From: an uncultured Clostridia bacterium
Lineage (GTDB): Bacteria; Acidobacteriota; Aminicenantia; UBA2199
Direction: 5' to 3'
DNA length: 64,000 bases
Assembly (NCBI GenBank): GCA_964628035.1
Contig: CAZVPI010000013.1
Coordinates: 3,251-67,250 of the forward strand
Shown here: one piece after another, positions 17,814 to 27,641 of the stretch
How the letters are laid out: each line of letters begins with the position of its first letter
Numbering within the stretch: the stretch's first letter is position 1
Notes under the pieces: model-generated
Database searches by the model: none
What the model was told of the DNA's origin: nothing
The model's input: only the letters and a program-made list of their open reading frames with translations
Translations under genes and position numbers: made by a program

Positions 17814-19319
17814 ATGAGCATCCAAACGATCTTCCAGGAAGGGATGAAGGAGCGCCGGCGCCGCAGGTCGCTCGGCCAGCGCGGCCGGGAGCTCAGGGAA
17901 AAGGACCAGGCCCTGGCCTCGCGGCTGACCGAGTTGGGGCAGAAGGCCTGGGAGGCGAAACTCGACATCTCCGCCTTCTCCGCTCTGCGCGCCGCCCTGG
18001 CCGACGCGCAGCGGTCGATCGACGATCTCCGGGGCGAAGCGGAGCAGCTCCTGAGCCGGCAGCAGGAAGCCGAGGAGAAACGCAAGCGCGAGAGCTCCCG
18101 CCTGGCCGTTGCCCTGAAGGAGACCGAGGAGGGCCTGCAGGGCGTGCAGAAGAGCCTGAACGAGCAGAAGGGCACGCTGCAATCGGCGCAGAGGGAGGCG
18201 CAGCGCTCGCGCGAGCGCCTGGCGGCCATCGGCCGCGAGCGCAGCCAGCTGCAGGGCAAGGCCGCCGGCGCCGACGCCAGCGAGGCGGAGAAGGGCGAGA
18301 TCGCCAAGGGGCTGGCGCTGCTGGACAAAGAGGAAACGTCCCTGAAGTCGGGCCTGGACGCCAGCGAAGCCGCCGCCCGTCCGGCTGCGGCGCTCGTGAC
18401 CAGCCTGCAGGAGCAGGCCGAGGTGGCCAAGAAAAAGCTCGAGGCGCTTCGCCAGGAGCAGAAAAGAGTGCTGGGCGAGCTGGACAAGGAACTGGCGGCC
18501 CTGAAAGACAGCCTGGGCAAGAACGGGGACAAGGCCCGCGAGGCCGAGGCGAAGCGACGGGAGGCGTATCGCGAGCTGGGCGAAAAACTGGCCGACGCCA
18601 AGAGCGCCGATCCTGCCCTGGTTGCCGAAATGGCCGCCGCCGCCGCCGCCCGTTCCGAAAAGGAGGGGGTTCAGGCGATGATCGGCGGTCTGGAGCGCCA
18701 GAAGGACGACGCCCAGGTCGGCGCCTACAAGAAGATGATGGCCCTGATCATCGGCGGCCTGGTCCTGCTGGCGGCGCTGGCGGTCGTCCTCGTCCTGCTC
18801 CTCTCCCCCAAGAAGAGGACCCCGGAGGTCACGGGGCTGCCGCCCGGACAGGCCGAGGCGGTGCAGCAGATCCTCAACATGGCCGAAAGGGCGCGGAAGG
18901 AAATGGGCAAGCCGGCGGAGCTGGGAAAGGCGCAGACCGCCGCCGATGAAGCGGGCCTGGCGCTCGTCGACGAGATCCTGGCGACATTCGACCAGTGCGT
19001 GGCCGAGGCGGCGGCCCTGGCCAAGGACCGCCCCGCCGCCGCCATGCTCCTGCCCCAGCTGGAGAAGCTGTATGCCGGCTACGGGGAGAAAATGGCCGCC
19101 CTGAACTCCCGCTTCCTGGCCCTGCGCGACCGTGACCTCTTCGCCTTCCGCCGGGCCAGCGGCGCCATGAGCCAGAAGCGGCCGCAGCACGTCATCGCCA
19201 AGGACAACGCGCTGGGCCCGGCCGTCGCCTATTACAACTTCGAGAAGGGCGAACAGGAGGTCGTCGACATGCTGTCGCGGAGGATCGTCAAGCTGCTCGA
19301 CCAGGCGGTCCAGCCGTAG
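17814..19319 (+). CDS. Coiled-coil protein with a central transmembrane helix; hypothetical.
   Basis: ATG at 17814 with AAGGAG RBS. Long Ala/Glu/Lys/Arg-rich heptad-like N-terminal half. TM segment MMALIIGGLVLLAALAVVLVLLL. C-terminal alpha-helical region. Confidence 0.6.
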   Translation: MSIQTIFQEGMKERRRRRSLGQRGRELREKDQALASRLTELGQKAWEAKLDISAFSALRAALADAQRSIDDLRGEAEQLLSRQQEAEEKRKRESSRLAVALKETEEGLQGVQKSLNEQKGTLQSAQREAQRSRERLAAIGRERSQLQGKAAGADASEAEKGEIAKGLALLDKEETSLKSGLDASEAAARPAAALVTSLQEQAEVAKKKLEALRQEQKRVLGELDKELAALKDSLGKNGDKAREAEAKRREAYRELGEKLADAKSADPALVAEMAAAAAARSEKEGVQAMIGGLERQKDDAQVGAYKKMMALIIGGLVLLAALAVVLVLLLSPKKRTPEVTGLPPGQAEAVQQILNMAERARKEMGKPAELGKAQTAADEAGLALVDEILATFDQCVAEAAALAKDRPAAAMLLPQLEKLYAGYGEKMAALNSRFLALRDRDLFAFRRASGAMSQKRPQHVIAKDNALGPAVAYYNFEKGEQEVVDMLSRRIVKLLDQAVQP

Positions 19320-19350
19320 CAGCGCAGCGAACTGAACGGTAGTGGGAACG

Positions 19351-19405
19351 GTAGCAGCGGGCACTAAAACGGACTCTTTTCCTTACGATTGCCTTTTTCC
19401 TTTCG
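19351..19405 (+). repeat. CU-rich 3'-UTR element, copy A (GGGCACT...ACTCTTTTCCTT...TGCCTTTTTCCTTTC), immediately downstream of the 17814..19319 gene.
   Basis: Shares GGGCACT, a 12-mer ACTCTTTTCCTT and a 14-mer TGCCTTTTTCCTTT, in the same order and spacing, with the reverse complement of 29222-29285. Confidence 0.55.
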
Positions 19406-19549
19406 CGTGCCACCGTCAGCATGAAGCTCGATGAGTTTCTGTGGGCGTGTTCGTGATGGTGGGTGCAATGAGCACTGGATGGAGCGAACCCATCTCAAAG
19501 GATTTATTTCTTCCATTACCACAATCATGATCCGTTTTTTCGGCTGAGC

Positions 19550-19579
19550 TTGACAGTCTCTGCGCAAGGGAAATAGAAT
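19550..19579 (+). promoter_or_regulatory. Canonical sigma-70 promoter TTGACA -N18- TAGAAT upstream of the small membrane-protein gene.
   Basis: TTGACA at 19550-19555, TAGAAT at 19574-19579, GGGAGGG RBS, ATG at 19598. Confidence 0.5.
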
Positions 19580-19597
19580 AGCTGCTGGGAGGGCAAT

Positions 19598-19780
19598 ATG
19601 GCATTCAAGAAAATCTTGGTCATCTGGCTGCTGATCACCGCGGTGTCGGCGGCGTTGTTCTACCTGGTCAAGACCTTTTTCCAAGGGCATCCTCTTTGGC
19701 CTTGGGCCATACCCTACCTCTACATCGGCGTACTGATCCTGTTCGCCCTGTACGTACTCGCAGGGAAGAAAAAGGACTAA
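19598..19780 (+). CDS. Small membrane protein (60 aa, two predicted TM helices).
   Basis: MAFKKILVIWLLITAVSAALFYLV...IPYLYIGVLILFALYVLAGKKKD. Strong RBS and promoter directly upstream. Confidence 0.55.
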   Translation: MAFKKILVIWLLITAVSAALFYLVKTFFQGHPLWPWAIPYLYIGVLILFALYVLAGKKKD

Positions 19781-19793
19781 GGCCCGTTCGCGG

Positions 19794-19822
19794 TTGACAA
19801 GCGCCTGAAATCACCCTATATT
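19794..19822 (+). promoter_or_regulatory. Sigma-70-like promoter TTGACA -N17- TATATT placed so that transcription would start at or within a few nt of the msrBA ATG (leaderless candidate).
   Basis: TTGACA at 19794-19799, TATATT at 19817-19822, ATG at 19830, no SD sequence in between. Confidence 0.4.
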
Positions 19823-19829
19823 TATAACA

Positions 19830-20759
19830 ATGAAATATGCAACCATTATAATCTCATTTGTGGCGGCGGCGTTGCTGCTCATGCTGCCGTCACGATCCGG
19901 GGGGTATGTGAACATCGACCAAAAACTGACAAGCGAGGAAGAGCGGGTGATCGTCCAGCGCGGGACCGAACGGCCCTTCAGCGGGCGCTTTCACGATTTC
20001 AAGGAAAAGGGGACCTATGTCTGCAAACGCTGCGGCGCGCCCCTGTACCGGTCGTCGGCCAAGTTCGACTCGGGCTGCGGCTGGCCGAGCTTCGACGAGG
20101 AGATCGCCGGCGCCGTCGCCCGCCGCCGCGACCCCGACGGCCTGCGCACCGAGATCACCTGCGCCTCCTGCGGCGCCCACCTGGGCCATGTCTTCCTGGG
20201 CGAGGGCTTCACTGCCAGGAACACCCGCCACTGCGTCAATTCCATCTCCATGAATTTCATCCCCGCCGACGGCCGGGGCACAGCGACAGCGCTCTTCGCC
20301 TCGGGCTGCTTTTGGGGGACCCAGCACCACCTGCAGGCGGCGCGCGGGGTGCTGACCACCGCCGCCGGCTACACCGGGGGCCGCCTGCGCCGGCCGACCT
20401 ACGAGCAGGTGTGCGCCGGCGACAGCGGCCACGCCGAGGCGGTGCGCGTCGTCTATGACCCGGCCCAGGTCAGCTACGAGGAGTTGGCCAAACTCTTCTT
20501 CGAGACCCACGACTTCACCCAGCTGGACCGCCAGGGGCCCGACATCGGCCCCCAGTACCGCTCGGAGATCTTTTTCCTGGACGGGAATCAGAAGCAGGTC
20601 GCCGAAAAACTCATCGCCCAGCTGAGCGCCAAGGGCTACCGGGTCGCCACGCGCGTCACCGCCGCCGGCGAGTTCTGGCCCGCCGAGGACCACCACCAGA
20701 ATTATTATTGGCAGACCGGCGGCAGCCCTTACTGCCACGTCTACCGCAAGATCTTCTGA
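19830..20759 (+). CDS. msrAB: Secreted bifunctional methionine sulfoxide reductase, MsrB domain followed by MsrA domain.
   Basis: Signal peptide [20 protein letters not shown]. MsrB zinc and catalytic motifs ([20 protein letters not shown]). MsrA active site GCFWG. Confidence 0.9.
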   Translation: MKYATIIISFVAAALLLMLPSRSGGYVNIDQKLTSEEERVIVQRGTERPFSGRFHDFKEKGTYVCKRCGAPLYRSSAKFDSGCGWPSFDEEIAGAVARRRDPDGLRTEITCASCGAHLGHVFLGEGFTARNTRHCVNSISMNFIPADGRGTATALFASGCFWGTQHHLQAARGVLTTAAGYTGGRLRRPTYEQVCAGDSGHAEAVRVVYDPAQVSYEELAKLFFETHDFTQLDRQGPDIGPQYRSEIFFLDGNQKQVAEKLIAQLSAKGYRVATRVTAAGEFWPAEDHHQNYYWQTGGSPYCHVYRKIF

Positions 20760-20793
20760 CCCGCCTGGGCCGGCCGCGCGCGCCTCGCCGCGC

Positions 20794-21843
20794 TCAGCGG
20801 GACAGGACGACGTTCTCGATCTGGCGCACCTGGTCGCGGTAGAGCGAGGTGACGCGCGTGCCGTAGTCGGCCAGCAGCTGGATGATGTCGCGCGGGCGCT
20901 CGGGGCGGTCGGGCCCGTTGATGCGGTCGCCGGCGTCCCCCAGGCCGGGCAGGATGTAGGCCTTTTCGTTCAGCGCCGGATCCATCCACAACGTATAGAC
21001 CTCGGCCTCGGGCACGGCGCGCACGATGCGCAGCGCCCCCTTCAGCGTGGAGACGACGTTGAAGAAGCGGATGGAGCGCGGTCGCACCCCCTGGCCGCGC
21101 AGGTAATGGATGACCGTCACCAGGCTGCCGCCGGTGGCGTTCATGGGATCGGCGAAGAACAGGTCGCGGCCATGCAGGTCCTCGAGGCGGAAATAGGAGC
21201 GCCGCAGGTCGAGCACATAGGCCATGTCGCTCTCACGGCGGCTGTCGTCGCGGCTGATCTTGAACAGGGCGAAGGGAGCGACCACCCGGCCCGCGGTGTA
21301 CTCCTGTATCTCCTTGGCCACGATCATCGAGGGCAGGAGCGCCGCACGCAGCATGACGCACATGACGCCGCCCTGCGTCCAGGCGTCGATGTCGGGGATT
21401 TTGTGCAGCGCGTAATTCGACCGCGGTTCGCGCACCGGCGTGGGCACGAAGATCGGCCGCCGCTCGCGCACGTGCGGTCCGGCGAAGGCCAGGTTGAACA
21501 GCATCTCGTAGGCGCGCTGGATGTAATAGACGAACTCGGGGTTGGCCGTGCGTTCGTCGCGCAACTTGGCCACCAGCCGCGACGCTTCGCCGTGGATGAA
21601 CTCGGGGGTCTCCAGCGAGAAGACGTGGATGCGCTTTTCGGCAACGACGGCCGCCTGCATGCGCTCGCCTAAGCGGTTGAACACCTCCAGCAGCAGCGCC
21701 TCGGCGCCGGCCGCGTCCCGCTCCAGGCCGGCGAACCCTTCCAGGGCGCGGCCGTACAGCGACTCCACCTCGGCGATGGCCCTGGCGTCGTCCGCGCTCA
21801 GGGTGCCGTCGAGGTCGGCGGCCTGCAGAACGACCTTGTCCAT
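20794..21843 (-). CDS. Uracil phosphoribosyltransferase-family protein with an N-terminal extension of about 140 aa.
   Basis: ATG at 21843 with GAGGAGG RBS. C-terminal UPRTase signatures FFADPMNATGGSLV and YILPGLGDAGDRINGP. The N-terminal 140 aa has no recognised domain. Confidence 0.7.
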   Translation of the reverse strand: MDKVVLQAADLDGTLSADDARAIAEVESLYGRALEGFAGLERDAAGAEALLLEVFNRLGERMQAAVVAEKRIHVFSLETPEFIHGEASRLVAKLRDERTANPEFVYYIQRAYEMLFNLAFAGPHVRERRPIFVPTPVREPRSNYALHKIPDIDAWTQGGVMCVMLRAALLPSMIVAKEIQEYTAGRVVAPFALFKISRDDSRRESDMAYVLDLRRSYFRLEDLHGRDLFFADPMNATGGSLVTVIHYLRGQGVRPRSIRFFNVVSTLKGALRIVRAVPEAEVYTLWMDPALNEKAYILPGLGDAGDRINGPDRPERPRDIIQLLADYGTRVTSLYRDQVRQIENVVLSR

Positions 21844-21923
21844 GGCGGTCCTCCTCTGATTCACGGCCAGTATACTCCCCCGCGGGAGCCGCTGGCAAGA
21901 ACGAAGACGTTGGGAAGGATGGG

Positions 21924-23483
21924 TCAGCGCGGGCCGCGGTCGGGGCCTATCCGCGGAGCCCGCGGCCCGATGGCGAAGGGCAGGTCGCTTTCGTCGTGCA
22001 GGTCCGGGCGCTGCAGCGAGCGGACGCGCACGCGGTAGTCGCCGCCCGCGGGCGTGCCCGCCGGGACCCGCCAGCGCAGGGCGCCGCGGGCGAGGTCATA
22101 GGTGGGCGCCACCACCGCCTGGATCCGCGCTCCCGCCAGCAGCAGCACCTCCACCCGCTCCCCAACGGCCCCCATATGCTCCCAGGCGATCTCCTGGAAC
22201 GTTCCCGGGGCCCAGTACTCACCGCCGTTGGGCGCGATCAGGGTCAGGCGCGCCGGCGCCGAGGCCAGGGCAGAAAAGACCAGCATGCGCGACTCGTCGC
22301 GCGTGACCTGCCCGGCGTGGAGCCCCCATTCGGGATGCGCCAGGCCGCCGCGGGCGTTGATCAGCCGCTCGGCCGGCTCCAGCCAGGCCTGGATGTTGTC
22401 GTGGCCGGGATCGTGGCGGCGATTGCCGTCGATGGGGAACAGCACGTGGCGGGCGGTCCAATGATCGAGGGCCACCGGGTCCTGGGAGGCGGTCAGGACG
22501 TTCAGCTTGCGGGTCTTTCTTTCCGGGTATCCCGAGAGCGCCAGGTGCGAGACCCAGATGGCGTCGATGACATTCAGCACCGGCGGGCGGACCGAGACCA
22601 TCATCTTGGCGCAGGCCTCGCCCAGACCTGAATAGTGGCGGACGGTGCGGTGGCCGTCGCTCATCGACAGCAGGCCGTACATGTGCTTGAGGGAGGCGGT
22701 GATCTCCGAGCCGCCGGTGTCGTGGTGCTTGAGGACCGGCAGGTTGATCAGCTTCAGCTTCTGGTTGTGGCGGCGGCCGTCCCACACCCCCTCGCGCAGT
22801 TCGATGCGGCGGCCGCCGGCGGTCGTGAAACAGGGATACGAGACGTTCTCGAAGCGGCGGTAACCGTCGGTCTCGTGGTCGGCGGCGCCGATGAACACGG
22901 AGCGCAGCGGATCGAGCAGGAAGGCCGAGACGCGCGCGTCGGCAAAGACGCGCTCGACGAGGAAGCGGAAGGAATGGCTCTCGTCGACGGCATTGGCGTG
23001 GACCTGGGCGTCGGGATAGCCCGCGGCGTTGTCGCAGTCCAGGCTGCCCCGCCCCTGGCCGTTCTCGATCAGAACCACCTCGCCGCGGAAGCCGTCAGGG
23101 TGCTCCAGGACGCGCTGGACCAGGCCGCGCACAACGTCGCTGTTGGTGCAGCCGCGGTACTTCCACTGGGCGTTGATCTTGATGAGCACCACGTCGTCGG
23201 CCGCGATCATCCCCTGCGGCCCGGCCAGCCCCAGACCGGCACTCGAGCGGTAGAACGGGAGACCCTGGCCGGCCATCAGTTCCAGGAGGCAGTCCACGCC
23301 GGCATGGCGGTTGCCGCCGGCGCCGAAGGGAGCGTCGGGAATGCCGCTGACGTGAAAAATGCTGGAGAGGGGATCAACCGCCTGGAGTCGGTTGGCAGGA
23401 CGAGGCAGCAGCAGGGCCAGGCTTCCGGCGCCAAGGGCATGAAGGAACCTTCGTCTGGACGGCATGGCGGGCTTCTCTTTCAT
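21924..23483 (-). CDS. Tat-secreted DUF362-like protein; hypothetical.
   Basis: Twin-arginine signal MPSRRRFLHALGAGSLALLLP. Overall resemblance to DUF362. Function unknown. Confidence 0.6.
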   Translation of the reverse strand: MKEKPAMPSRRRFLHALGAGSLALLLPRPANRLQAVDPLSSIFHVSGIPDAPFGAGGNRHAGVDCLLELMAGQGLPFYRSSAGLGLAGPQGMIAADDVVLIKINAQWKYRGCTNSDVVRGLVQRVLEHPDGFRGEVVLIENGQGRGSLDCDNAAGYPDAQVHANAVDESHSFRFLVERVFADARVSAFLLDPLRSVFIGAADHETDGYRRFENVSYPCFTTAGGRRIELREGVWDGRRHNQKLKLINLPVLKHHDTGGSEITASLKHMYGLLSMSDGHRTVRHYSGLGEACAKMMVSVRPPVLNVIDAIWVSHLALSGYPERKTRKLNVLTASQDPVALDHWTARHVLFPIDGNRRHDPGHDNIQAWLEPAERLINARGGLAHPEWGLHAGQVTRDESRMLVFSALASAPARLTLIAPNGGEYWAPGTFQEIAWEHMGAVGERVEVLLLAGARIQAVVAPTYDLARGALRWRVPAGTPAGGDYRVRVRSLQRPDLHDESDLPFAIGPRAPRIGPDRGPR

Positions 23484-23551
23484 GGCTTATATATAACATT
23501 TTTGGTTATGTTTTTCAACAAATAAGGGATCCGGAGGCGGCTGGGAAAGAA

Positions 23552-24619
23552 TCAGTCGAGGGGGAGGAGGCTGACCGCCGTGGCCTTGAAGGAAAGGGAG
23601 ACCTCGCTGTCTGTTGCCAGGCGCATCGCCTCGCAGGAGACGCGGGTGACGAACACGGTGAAGGCGACCCCGGAGCAACCGACGTTCAGGGCCGTCACGG
23701 GGCCCAGGTCGGTCAGGGAACGCACCACCCCGCGAAAGGAGTTGCGTGCCGAAGAGGCGAGCGGTTGCAGGGAAACGAGGATGTCCTCTGGGCGGATGGC
23801 GGCGGCCGCCCGGCCCGCGCCGCGCTCGCTGACCACCTCGATGGACAGCCCGCCGCAGTCGAGGAAAACCCGGCCCTCGCGGCTGGACAGCTCTCCGGGC
23901 AGGATGTTCTCGGCGGCGGAAAACTCGGCCATGTCCAGGGAAAGTGGGCGGTTGAGCACCTCGGCAGCCCCGCCGGCCTGGGCCAGGCGCCCATCCTTGA
24001 GAAAGAAGACCCTCCCCGCCAGCAGCCGCGCCTGGGTGAGGTTGTGGGTGGCCAGGACGACCGTCCGTCCCTCCCGCGCCAGGCGGGCGATCGCCGTCTC
24101 GATGTTCTTCACGCTCAGCGGGTCGAGGTTGGCCGTGGGCTCGTCGAGCAGGATGAGCTCGGGATCGAGGAGCATCACCCGCGCCAGCTGCAGCCGCTGC
24201 TTCTCCCCGCCCGACAGCAGGCGGGCGTCCTGGTGCTCGCGGCCGGCCAGGCCGGTCCGCTCCAGGACCTGGCCGACGGCGGCCGCGGAGCGGGGCAGGC
24301 CGCGCAGCCGCAGGCCGAAACGCAGGTTGGCCTCGACGCTCGCCCCCAGCAGCAGCGGCGCCTGGAACACGAAACCGCAGCGCCGGCGCAGCCGCGTACG
24401 CTCGCCGCGCCCCAGCGAGCCCAACCGCAGCCCGTCGTAGAAGAGCTCGCCGCGGTCGGGGCGATCAAGGAGACCCAGCAGCCGCAGCAGGGTCGACTTG
24501 CCGGCGCCGTTGGCTCCGAGCACGACATGGACGCAGCCGGGCTCGAGGTCGAGGCTGACGCCGTCGAGGATGGGGCGCCGGCCCGCCATGCGCCCCAGAT
24601 TCTCGGCGCGGACCCGCAT
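23552..24619 (-). CDS. tupC: ABC transporter ATP-binding protein with a C-terminal TOBE/Mop-like domain (tungstate/molybdate-type, TupC-like).
   Basis: Walker A GANGAGKST, signature LSGGEKQRLQLAR, Walker B LILLDEPT, about 120-aa C-terminal extension. True ATG at 24619 overlaps the permease stop (TGATG); the 613-aa ORF in the track is a read-through artefact. Confidence 0.8.
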   Translation of the reverse strand: MRVRAENLGRMAGRRPILDGVSLDLEPGCVHVVLGANGAGKSTLLRLLGLLDRPDRGELFYDGLRLGSLGRGERTRLRRRCGFVFQAPLLLGASVEANLRFGLRLRGLPRSAAAVGQVLERTGLAGREHQDARLLSGGEKQRLQLARVMLLDPELILLDEPTANLDPLSVKNIETAIARLAREGRTVVLATHNLTQARLLAGRVFFLKDGRLAQAGGAAEVLNRPLSLDMAEFSAAENILPGELSSREGRVFLDCGGLSIEVVSERGAGRAAAAIRPEDILVSLQPLASSARNSFRGVVRSLTDLGPVTALNVGCSGVAFTVFVTRVSCEAMRLATDSEVSLSFKATAVSLLPLD

Positions 24620-25305
24620 CACTTGCCCTGCAGCGCCTGCAGGGCGACGTTGATGGCCAGCGCCGCAAGCAGCAGCACGATGCCCAGGGCGATGCCGATC
24701 TCGAAATTGCCCTTCATGGTTTCCAGGGAGATGGCCGTGGTCAGCACCCGCGTCTGGCCCTTGATGTTGCCGCCGACCATCAGCGTCATGCCGGTCTCGC
24801 CGATGACGCGGGAGAATCCGGCGATGAGGGCGGTGAGGAAGGCGAACCGCCCCTGGCGGATCACGGCGACCGCCAGCTGGCGGCGGTCGGCGCCGAGCGA
24901 CAGCGCCAGGTCGCGGGCCTCGCGCGCCACCCCTTTCAGGGCCGCCAGGGCCAAGGCCGTCATCAACGGGAAGGCCAGCAGCGCCTGGGCCAGGATCATG
25001 GCCCCGGGGGTGAACAGCAGCCCCAGCGGGCCGAGGGGACCGCGGCGGCTGACCAGGCCGTAGACCAGAAGGCCGATGAGCACGGCCGGCACGGCCATGG
25101 CGGTATTGGCCAGGCCGACCAGCAGGCGCTTGCCGCGGAACTCCTTCAGGGCCAGGAACAGGGCCGAGGGGATGGCCGCCAGCGCCGCCAGCGCCGTCGC
25201 CGCTCCCGAGACGGCCAGCGACAGGCCGATGATCTCCAGGATCTCCCTCCCGGGAGGCAGCAGCAGCCTCACCCCCTGGCGCAGCCCCTCCAGGATGTAA
25301 TCCAT
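24619..25305 (-). CDS. tupB: ABC transporter permease (TupB-like).
   Basis: Six-helix permease with an EAA-like loop (AAREARDLALSLGADRRQL). Located between the substrate-binding and ATPase genes. Confidence 0.8.
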   Translation of the reverse strand: MDYILEGLRQGVRLLLPPGREILEIIGLSLAVSGAATALAALAAIPSALFLALKEFRGKRLLVGLANTAMAVPAVLIGLLVYGLVSRRGPLGPLGLLFTPGAMILAQALLAFPLMTALALAALKGVAREARDLALSLGADRRQLAVAVIRQGRFAFLTALIAGFSRVIGETGMTLMVGGNIKGQTRVLTTAISLETMKGNFEIGIALGIVLLLAALAINVALQALQGK

Positions 25306-25334
25306 CTCCGGCCTCGCCGCGGTGCCTTCTTCCC

Positions 25335-26147
25335 TCAGCGGACCACGTCGGGGAAGAAGAGCGGGGCGCCGAAGCGCTCGCGGCCGAAATCACGGATGAT
25401 GGCCTGCCCGGCGGCCGAGCGGATGTAGGCGGCGAATTTCTTGGCCAGCTCCGCCTTCACCCAGGGGAAGCGCCGCGGCGAGACCACGATCACCGAATAG
25501 GGATTGAAGAGATCGGCATCGCCCTCGACCACGGCCGCCAGGGGCGCGCTCTCCTTGCGGTGCGACAGCCAGGTGGCGCGGTCGACCAGGCAATAGGCCA
25601 GCTTTTCGACGGCGATGCGCAGGGTGGATTCCATGCCGCCGCCGCTCTCCAGGTACCAGGGGCCGCCGGGGGCGACGCCCGCCTGCCGCCACAACCGCAG
25701 CTCCTTCTTGTGCGTGCCCGAGTCGTCGCCCCGGGAGACGAAGGGCGCGGCAACGGCGGCGATGCGCCCCAGGGCAACGGCCGCCTTCTGCCCCCTGGCC
25801 GCGGCCGGATCGCCTGCCGGCCCGACGAGCAGGAAATCGTTGTGCATCACGTCGAGCCGTTCCAGCCCGTAGCCCTCGGCCACGAATGTCTCCTCGGCCT
25901 CCCGGTCGTGGACCAGCAGCACGTCGGCGTTGCCGTCGCGGGCCAGGCGCATGGCCTGGCCGGTGCCGACGGCGATGATCTTGACGGCGCAGCCGTGCAT
26001 TCTCTCAAAGGGAGGGATCAGGGCGTCGAACAGGCCCGAATCCAGGGTGGACGTGGTCGAGGCCAGGGTCAGCGTCCCGGCGGCGCCGAGCGGCGCGGCC
26101 GCAACGATCCCCAGCAGGGTGCCTAGAATGAGAGAAGTCAGGCGCAT
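25335..26147 (-). CDS. tupA: Periplasmic substrate-binding protein of a tungstate-type ABC transporter (TupA-like).
   Basis: ATG at 26147 with AAGGAG RBS. Signal peptide. LASTTSTLDSGLFDAL resembles the TTTS..DSGL anion-binding motif of TupA. Confidence 0.75.
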   Translation of the reverse strand: MRLTSLILGTLLGIVAAAPLGAAGTLTLASTTSTLDSGLFDALIPPFERMHGCAVKIIAVGTGQAMRLARDGNADVLLVHDREAEETFVAEGYGLERLDVMHNDFLLVGPAGDPAAARGQKAAVALGRIAAVAAPFVSRGDDSGTHKKELRLWRQAGVAPGGPWYLESGGGMESTLRIAVEKLAYCLVDRATWLSHRKESAPLAAVVEGDADLFNPYSVIVVSPRRFPWVKAELAKKFAAYIRSAAGQAIIRDFGRERFGAPLFFPDVVR

Positions 26148-26493
26148 CAAGAACTCCTTTCCGCCAGCCGCCCCTGCCAGGGATGCTCGTGCCGCCAACC
26201 GGCCTGGCTGTCATGGCGGACAAAATGGACCCGCAGGTCGGCCTGGCTCTCGTAGGGGACGAAAAAAACCCGGACATCGGCCTCGCTCTCGGTTTTCACG
26301 AAGTGCCAGAGCTCGTCGCGGCCGCGGGCCTGGCTGCCGTGGCGCACGCGGCGCACGCACAAGTCGGCCTGGCTTTCGTAGCGGACCACGAAAACCTTGA
26401 CATCGGCCCGGCTCTCGACCTCGACGGTGCAGACCTCGGCGGCCGCCAGCGGCGCGGCCGCCAGCGCCAGCAGGAGCGCTGCCGCCGGCCCCC

Positions 26494-26497
<4 letters not shown>
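26147..26497 (-). CDS. Small secreted protein built from 4-5 tandem 13-residue repeats (ES.AD[VL].V..V.[YH]).
   Basis: Signal peptide MRGPAAALLLALAAAPLAAA followed by ESRADVKVFVVRY / ESQADLCVRRVRH / ESEADVRVFFVPY / ESQADLRVHFVRH / DSQAGWRHEHPW. Start overlaps the purM stop (ATGA) and its stop overlaps the tupA start (TGATG). Confidence 0.6.
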
Positions 26498-27513
<1,016 letters not shown>

Positions 27514-27641
27514 GGATTCCCCTCCTGGCGGTCGCGACAGGGGAATTCTATCACACTCGCCGTCGCCGCGCCAAGCCGTGCCTGGCGCTTGCAGGCAAGG
27601 CGTCACGGCCTTACAATGAAGCCCGGCGGCAGGGAGGAAGC

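Noticed and set aside
17706-19364. 552-aa and 274-aa minus-strand ORFs
   Set aside because: Antisense to the coiled-coil gene. Low-complexity Gly/Ala/Arg-rich translation. No RBS.
19364-19690. 108-aa minus-strand ORF in the 19.3-19.6 kb intergenic region
   Set aside because: Overlaps the promoter and start of the small membrane protein gene. No RBS. The region is better explained as a 3' UTR plus promoter.
23552-25393. 613-aa ORF spanning tupC and upstream DNA
   Set aside because: Read-through of an open frame across tupB. The conserved ABC ATPase begins at the ATG at 24619.
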